This document shows, piece after piece, positions 58,850 through 64,000 of a DNA stretch of 64,000 bases. The stretch spans positions 29,949 to 93,948 of the forward strand of contig JAQBRS010000004.1 of assembly GCA_028286395.1 (NCBI GenBank), in the 5' to 3' direction. The DNA comes from Candidatus Saccharimonadota bacterium. GTDB lineage: Bacteria > Patescibacteriota > Saccharimonadia > Saccharimonadales > Saccharimonadaceae. The translations under genes were made by a program, and so were the position numbers. Each line of letters begins with the position of its first letter. Positions within the stretch are counted from its first letter, which is position 1. The notes beneath the pieces are model-generated. The model was not told the origin of the DNA, did no database searches, and was given only the letters and a program-made list of their open reading frames with translations.

Positions 58850-60205
58850 ATGGCAAAAGCTAAAACGCAGTTCGTCTGCCAAAATTGTGGAGCAGTGCAC
58901 AGCAAATGGGCTGGGCGTTGTGATAACTGTGGCGAATGGAATACGCTCGTTGAGCAAATCTCGCAAGGTAGCGGCTCATCTTCGGTCGCGAAAGCTTCAG
59001 GAACAGGACGTCCATTGGCTGTTCAGTCGATCAAAGATATGACAACCGACGATACATCAAAGCGAATGCTGACTGGCGCGCATGATTTAGATGACGTCCT
59101 TGGCGGCGGTATCTTGCCTGGCGCAGTCGTGCTTTTGGCTGGTCAACCTGGTATTGGAAAAAGTACATTGTTGCTGCAAGTGACGGCCTTTATCGCGAAG
59201 ACAACGTCAGTCCTTTACGTGAGCGGTGAGGAATCTGCCAGTCAGGTGAAGCTACGTGCAGGACGATTAGGTGCAGAATCGACTGAACTCTTGGACTTCG
59301 CCGCCAGCACAAGTGCGAATGATATTGCCGCGACAATTCGTGGCGGGAAATATGACTTGGTGATTGTTGACTCAATCCAAACACTTGCCCTCGACGATAT
59401 TACGAGTGCACCTGGAACGGTGAGTCAGATTACCAATAGTAGTAACGTACTAATCCGAGCGGCCAAAGAAACAGGGACTGCCGTCATCTTGGTTGGGCAT
59501 GTCACGAAAGAGGGGAGCATCGCTGGTCCAAAAGTCCTTGAACACCTTGTTGATGTAGTCTTGCAGTTTGAAGGTGATCGTTATGGTGGCTTTAAGATTG
59601 TCCGTGCTGCAAAAAACCGTTTTGGATCAACAAATGAAGCGGCTATTTTTGAAATGTTCGAAGAAGGCCTTCGTCCCGTTGAGAACCCATCTGCTGCACT
59701 GCTCGCTGAACGAAATCCAGCTGATGGATCAGTTGTTCTGGCGACACTTGAAGGCACTCGACCGCTGTTGGTAGAAATCCAAGCCCTTGTTAATCCGACC
59801 AGTTTCGGGTATCCTAAGCGTACTGCGAGCGGGTTTGACCTCAATCGACTCAATGTGCTGATTGCCGTTATGGAACGACGCACAAAATTGAATTTATCTG
59901 ACAAAGACATCTACATCAACGTCGTCGGAGGCCTCAAACTAAACGATCAGGCAGCAGACCTTGCGATCTGTATGGCAATCGCTAGTGCCGCTGCGGGACG
60001 GCGCATGGACGACGAAACGGTCGTCTTCGGCGAAGTAGGACTCGGGGGTGAGATCCGATCTGTGCCTGGTGTCGACAAACGTGTCGCAGAAGCAAAAAAG
60101 CTTGGCTTTAAAAAGGCCATAGCACCAAAAAATTATTCTAAAAATATATTTATTAAACCTGTCGCCGATCTCCGCAGTGCGCTGATCGACTACTTACAAA
60201 AATAA
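58850..60205 (+). CDS. radA: DNA repair protein RadA/Sms
   Basis: C4 Zn finger, GQPGIGKST, DSIQ, KNRFG, Lon-like C-terminal domain. Confidence 0.97.
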   Translation: MAKAKTQFVCQNCGAVHSKWAGRCDNCGEWNTLVEQISQGSGSSSVAKASGTGRPLAVQSIKDMTTDDTSKRMLTGAHDLDDVLGGGILPGAVVLLAGQPGIGKSTLLLQVTAFIAKTTSVLYVSGEESASQVKLRAGRLGAESTELLDFAASTSANDIAATIRGGKYDLVIVDSIQTLALDDITSAPGTVSQITNSSNVLIRAAKETGTAVILVGHVTKEGSIAGPKVLEHLVDVVLQFEGDRYGGFKIVRAAKNRFGSTNEAAIFEMFEEGLRPVENPSAALLAERNPADGSVVLATLEGTRPLLVEIQALVNPTSFGYPKRTASGFDLNRLNVLIAVMERRTKLNLSDKDIYINVVGGLKLNDQAADLAICMAIASAAAGRRMDDETVVFGEVGLGGEIRSVPGVDKRVAEAKKLGFKKAIAPKNYSKNIFIKPVADLRSALIDYLQK

Positions 60206-60218
60206 GGCTAAAGAAATT

Positions 60219-61241
60219 ATGGAAATTCTCATTATCTGCGTACTCCTTGCGATCGCAGCCGAGACAAGCTACCTAGTAGTAGCGCAAAATATTAAATTTA
60301 AACATTCAAAGAAGCAGCACCTGCCAATATTTGTTGATACGTCAGTCCTTATCGATGGACGTATTATCTCGATTGCTGAATCAGGCTTTATTACCAGTAC
60401 GTTGTTCATCCCTCGTACTGTCGTTGGTGAGCTACAATTCCTTGCTGATAATGCAGATACTGAAAAACGTACTCGTGCCCGTCATGGGCTTGATATTGTC
60501 AAAGAGCTGCAAGCAATGCCTAACGTTAAAGTTGAAATCTTTAACGATGGAACAAAAGCAGAAGAAGGTGTCGATAATCAACTATTGAAACTCGCCAAAG
60601 AATATAACGGTGCGATTTGTACTATCGACTACAACTTGAATAAGGTTGCTCAAGTTGAAAACATCCCCGTCCTTAACGTGAACGAACTTGCGAAAACACT
60701 CCGTATGGCATATCTTCCTGGTGAAAAGATTAAACTCGAACTGACTCAAAAGGGAAATGATCAGCACCAAGCAGTTGGTCACCTTGATGATGGAACAATG
60801 GTCGTGGTGGAACACGCCAGTAGCAGTATCGGGAAAATTGTTGAGATTGAATTTATTCGTGGTCTGCAAACTGCAGCAGGCAAGATGATGTTTGCTCGCA
60901 TTGTTGGTGGCGGTGATCGTGATCAAGCGAAGAAGGCCACACAACCAAAACATGCTCCTAAAATCCAGCTACCACGCCAGAAGACAGTTCGTGCAGAGCG
61001 GACCAAACAACTACGTAGCGTAGAACAGTCGCAGGAAGCCCCCGTTGCTCCTACAGAACCAGAAGTGCAATCACAGCCATCACGTCCTGCGCGCCCTCAG
61101 CAAGACCGTCGTAAGCAGACAAATGTCCCTGCGCAACAAGCGCAACCTACTCAGGTGAAGCCAAAGAACAATGGTCGTCAGTTTAATCGACGACGAACTC
61201 CTGAAGATAGCTTGTTTGATCTTTTAGATAAGCAAGAATAA
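60219..61241 (+). CDS. PIN/TRAM domain protein (YacL-like)
   Basis: VDTSVLIDGRI, VD..L..LA, TIDYNLNKVA, GHLDDGTMVVVE, QTAAGKMMFA. Confidence 0.88.
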   Translation: MEILIICVLLAIAAETSYLVVAQNIKFKHSKKQHLPIFVDTSVLIDGRIISIAESGFITSTLFIPRTVVGELQFLADNADTEKRTRARHGLDIVKELQAMPNVKVEIFNDGTKAEEGVDNQLLKLAKEYNGAICTIDYNLNKVAQVENIPVLNVNELAKTLRMAYLPGEKIKLELTQKGNDQHQAVGHLDDGTMVVVEHASSSIGKIVEIEFIRGLQTAAGKMMFARIVGGGDRDQAKKATQPKHAPKIQLPRQKTVRAERTKQLRSVEQSQEAPVAPTEPEVQSQPSRPARPQQDRRKQTNVPAQQAQPTQVKPKNNGRQFNRRRTPEDSLFDLLDKQE

Positions 61242-61258
61242 GAAAAGCTCCACGGATA

Positions 61259-61296
61259 AAAAAGAACCCTCGATGTTAAGACCGAGGGTTCTTTTT
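61259..61296. terminator. Bidirectional intrinsic terminator
   Basis: aaaaagaaccctcg-atgttaagac-cgagggttcttttt. Confidence 0.82.
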
Positions 61297-61311
61297 AGTG
61301 GGGGCGGCACT

Positions 61312-63924
61312 TCAGTTAGTAACGGTCGTGCTGTAGTAGCCAGAGTCGAGAACAACTGCGCTGACTGAGCCTGCTGCAGGTGTTGAACCTGTGTATGGGG
61401 CTTTGAAGGTGTTACCACTTTGCGTTGCAGTAAGTTGCGCGCCGTTGTAGGTGATTGTCACGCTTGAGCCAGTGATAGGGAACGTTCCTGGTGTCACGGT
61501 AACGGTAACGTTGCCTCCTGAAGCACTCACGGTCGCGCTCGGCGGCACGTCGCTACAACTATGCTTATCATCATCCTTCGTGGCGTCGTATCCGCTCGGA
61601 ACGTTCGTGTAAATGTCTTTTTTGGTGACAGGGTCGGTCGATTTGATAACCGCAACGGTATCTTTAGCCGCATCAGGCGTACAACTCGTTGCCTTGAAGC
61701 CTGATAGCTTATCGAATGTCAAAGTTGCGTTGGTTTGACCTTGCGTCTTATTCCACCACGATGGGTAGACTTCTTTACCAATTCGTTGGATACCTGCTGG
61801 TTGCGTAAACCAGTCACCTGATTTCCAGAGGCCTTGCGGTGCATAGATATCCTTGTGAACGTATTCCATAACCGATGCAACGATAGGACTACCGAGTGAT
61901 GACGTACCATTTTTTAGAATGGTCGTGTCAGGGTTACCGAGCCATACGCCCATAGTCACTGCTGGAGTGTAACTCATCATCCAAAGGTCTTTTGCGTTTC
62001 CGCCCTTGTCTGAGGTACCCGTCTTGGTTGCTGTCTTTACGCCAGGAATGTTCTTTGCTGCGTAGTTACCGAGCGGCAGGCTGGCGTTTACATCGGTAAG
62101 TATGTCATCAAGGATGTATGCGGACTGTGCACTGACAACTTGCTTACCAGCAACGTCTGACCATTTTTTAAGGACCTCACCCGAACTATTCTTTACTTCG
62201 AGGACACTTGATTGAGGCTTGTAGACACCACCACGGGCGAGTGACGCATATGCATTCACGAGGTCTACTTGTCGAAGACCACACCCACCGATTGCGAGGG
62301 AGAGACCAGCAGTTTGGTCAGCCCCTTGTGTACAGTAGCTGGTTGCACCCATATTGTGGATCGTATTAAGCGTTGAACCCTTGCTTGCGTTCTCGTTGAT
62401 GGCCATTGCCTTGACGGCTGGAATGTTTCGTGAGGTTGCAAGACTATTGCGGATCGTAATGTCACCGGCGAAGTTCAGTTCAGAGTTTTGTAACGGCGCA
62501 CCGTAGATTGCATCGATGTTCTCATCTTTTAGGATCGTACCACTTCCGTAGTTTTGCTGCCCAGCTGGTTTTTGTTCAAACAGTTGCGAGTAAACGAGCG
62601 GCTTAATTGACGATCCTGGTTGGATGTACGCAGTCGCTGCATTATCTTGACCGAAGCCTTGGTAATTAAAGTCACGACTTCCTACCAGTGCAAGTATTTG
62701 ACCACTCTGTGAATCCTCAACCGTTGCTGCACCGTTGCTGAATCCAGCAATAATTGGAGTTGTCGAGTTGAACATTGCTGTCATTGAATCTTGGAGCTTG
62801 TTTTGAATACGGAGGTCAAGCGTTGTTTTGACGGTGAGACCACCCTTACCAACAGTTGCAACACCTAGTTCGCTTTCAAGTTCACTACGAACCATTTGGA
62901 CAAAGTGAGGGGCCTGGATGCCTGAATAGCGGTTCGCTTCTGGTTTTAAGGTGTCAAGGATTGGGACGGCTTTCGCTTCATCCTCTTGAGCCTGAGTAAT
63001 GTAGCCCACCTGACGCATTGCGTCGAGTACTTCATGCTGGCGGTTAATCAGCAAGTCATGGCCTGCAACATTGTAGGGGTTGAAGGTCGATGGGTTTTGA
63101 GGGATAGCTGCGAGGAGGGATGCTTGTGCAAGGGTGAGATCCTTTGCGGCGACTCCAAAGTATGATTGTGCACCTGATTCCGCACCGTTTCGAGGACCAC
63201 CATATGGCGATTCATTAAGGTATAGCGTGAGAATCTGATCCTTGTCATACATACGCTCGATTTCGATTGAAAGGATGAGCTCTTTAATCTTTCGAGGAAT
63301 GCCGCCGAGTCCACGGTCTGAGGCTTGGTCTGCAAAGAATACTTGCTTGACAAGTTGTTGCGTCAGGGTAGAACCACCCTGCACGTCACCCCCGGTAAAG
63401 TTGTTGAAAGCTGCACGGAGCGTTCCTGTCACGCTAATACCGCTATGTTGGAAGAAATTACGATCTTCAATTGCAACGGTTGCTTTTTTCAGGTTATCAC
63501 TGAGATCAGCACTTGGCACAACAAGCTTGTAGTTGCCACCGCCGGTGTCTTTCCAGAGGACTTGTCCGTTGCGATCAAGATAGGTAGTGATTGTCGATTG
63601 GACACGCTGGTCGATTTCACCTGGTCGAATCTGGTCAAGATCTTTACGGAAGTAGGCGAAGAGTCCACCAACAAGGAGGGCGATAAGAAGTACAGCGACA
63701 CCAAAGATCTTAAGCGCCATAAAGACGCCGCGCTTACTGAACCAGTAAGCCCAGAATCGTTTTGGATGCAGTTTATAAAAGAAGCGCTTTACTGGGTGCT
63801 TCGGAAGTGTCGCAAGGTACTCAGCACGACGGCGAGTTTCAGAATCTTTCTTTTCCTTTCGCCTTTTTGAAAGGTTGGAATAGACACTTAATTTACGCGA
63901 TGTAGATTTTTTAGCTTTAGCCAC
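61312..63924 (-). CDS. Class A penicillin-binding protein (transglycosylase/transpeptidase)
   Basis: EDRNF, GGSTLTQQLVK, RKIKE, YLNE, SSIK (SxxK), SRN (SxN), KTG. Confidence 0.93.
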   Translation of the reverse strand: MAKAKKSTSRKLSVYSNLSKRRKEKKDSETRRRAEYLATLPKHPVKRFFYKLHPKRFWAYWFSKRGVFMALKIFGVAVLLIALLVGGLFAYFRKDLDQIRPGEIDQRVQSTITTYLDRNGQVLWKDTGGGNYKLVVPSADLSDNLKKATVAIEDRNFFQHSGISVTGTLRAAFNNFTGGDVQGGSTLTQQLVKQVFFADQASDRGLGGIPRKIKELILSIEIERMYDKDQILTLYLNESPYGGPRNGAESGAQSYFGVAAKDLTLAQASLLAAIPQNPSTFNPYNVAGHDLLINRQHEVLDAMRQVGYITQAQEDEAKAVPILDTLKPEANRYSGIQAPHFVQMVRSELESELGVATVGKGGLTVKTTLDLRIQNKLQDSMTAMFNSTTPIIAGFSNGAATVEDSQSGQILALVGSRDFNYQGFGQDNAATAYIQPGSSIKPLVYSQLFEQKPAGQQNYGSGTILKDENIDAIYGAPLQNSELNFAGDITIRNSLATSRNIPAVKAMAINENASKGSTLNTIHNMGATSYCTQGADQTAGLSLAIGGCGLRQVDLVNAYASLARGGVYKPQSSVLEVKNSSGEVLKKWSDVAGKQVVSAQSAYILDDILTDVNASLPLGNYAAKNIPGVKTATKTGTSDKGGNAKDLWMMSYTPAVTMGVWLGNPDTTILKNGTSSLGSPIVASVMEYVHKDIYAPQGLWKSGDWFTQPAGIQRIGKEVYPSWWNKTQGQTNATLTFDKLSGFKATSCTPDAAKDTVAVIKSTDPVTKKDIYTNVPSGYDATKDDDKHSCSDVPPSATVSASGGNVTVTVTPGTFPITGSSVTITYNGAQLTATQSGNTFKAPYTGSTPAAGSVSAVVLDSGYYSTTVTN

Positions 63925-64000
63925 GTTTCCCTAATTTCCCATAAGCAATATCTCCACCATTATAGCATTAATTTGGGTGCGTAAAGCCTAATTATTTGCT

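Noticed and set aside
1-64000. CRISPR arrays, tRNA/rRNA genes, IS elements, integrases, prophage genes, intein in dnaE
   Set aside because: None seen by eye: no regularly spaced repeats, cloverleaf signatures, terminal inverted repeats or recombinase motifs, and DnaE is of normal length. A tRNAscan/Infernal run would be needed to exclude small RNAs fully.

Overview
Mostly housekeeping chromosome of a small-genome bacterium. The compact gene set, short protein variants and conserved hypotheticals point to Candidatus Saccharibacteria (TM7, Patescibacteria/CPR); this is inferred, not proven. Core genes include ndh-like, rlmD-like, metK, rmuC, pheST, trxB, ppa, rel, a gap-rpiB-rpe-tkt-fba-pfkB carbon operon, uvrB, gatCAB, galU, dnaE, a pilB-like ATPase, rplS, rnhB, pepN, nusA, clpC-radA-PIN/TRAM and a class A PBP. 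No rRNA, tRNA, CRISPR array, integrase or transposase was seen. The accessory region is about 3.0-10.2 kb. It holds an Erm-like rRNA methylase, two unannotated small ORFs (one Cys-rich), a SAM-I riboswitch with an RBS-sequestering platform before metK, and a visibly AT-rich island (about 5.55-10.2 kb). The island carries a Shedu (DUF4263) defence nuclease and two unknown genes. The best candidate for a new system is also there: a 36-aa ORF missing from the ORF track (MIDTLQKVLTDSNLRSSQAVEAKLAEKSDVETPWFD, Trp third from the C-terminus) directly upstream of a DDxxD isoprenyl-diphosphate-synthase-fold enzyme. This resembles a ComX/ComQ-type Trp-prenylated peptide pair. Other points are a perfect CIRCE before clpC, many apparently leaderless genes, a membrane HEPN-motif gene inside gatCAB, and unknown-domain/LOG and RNase HII/YraN fusions.
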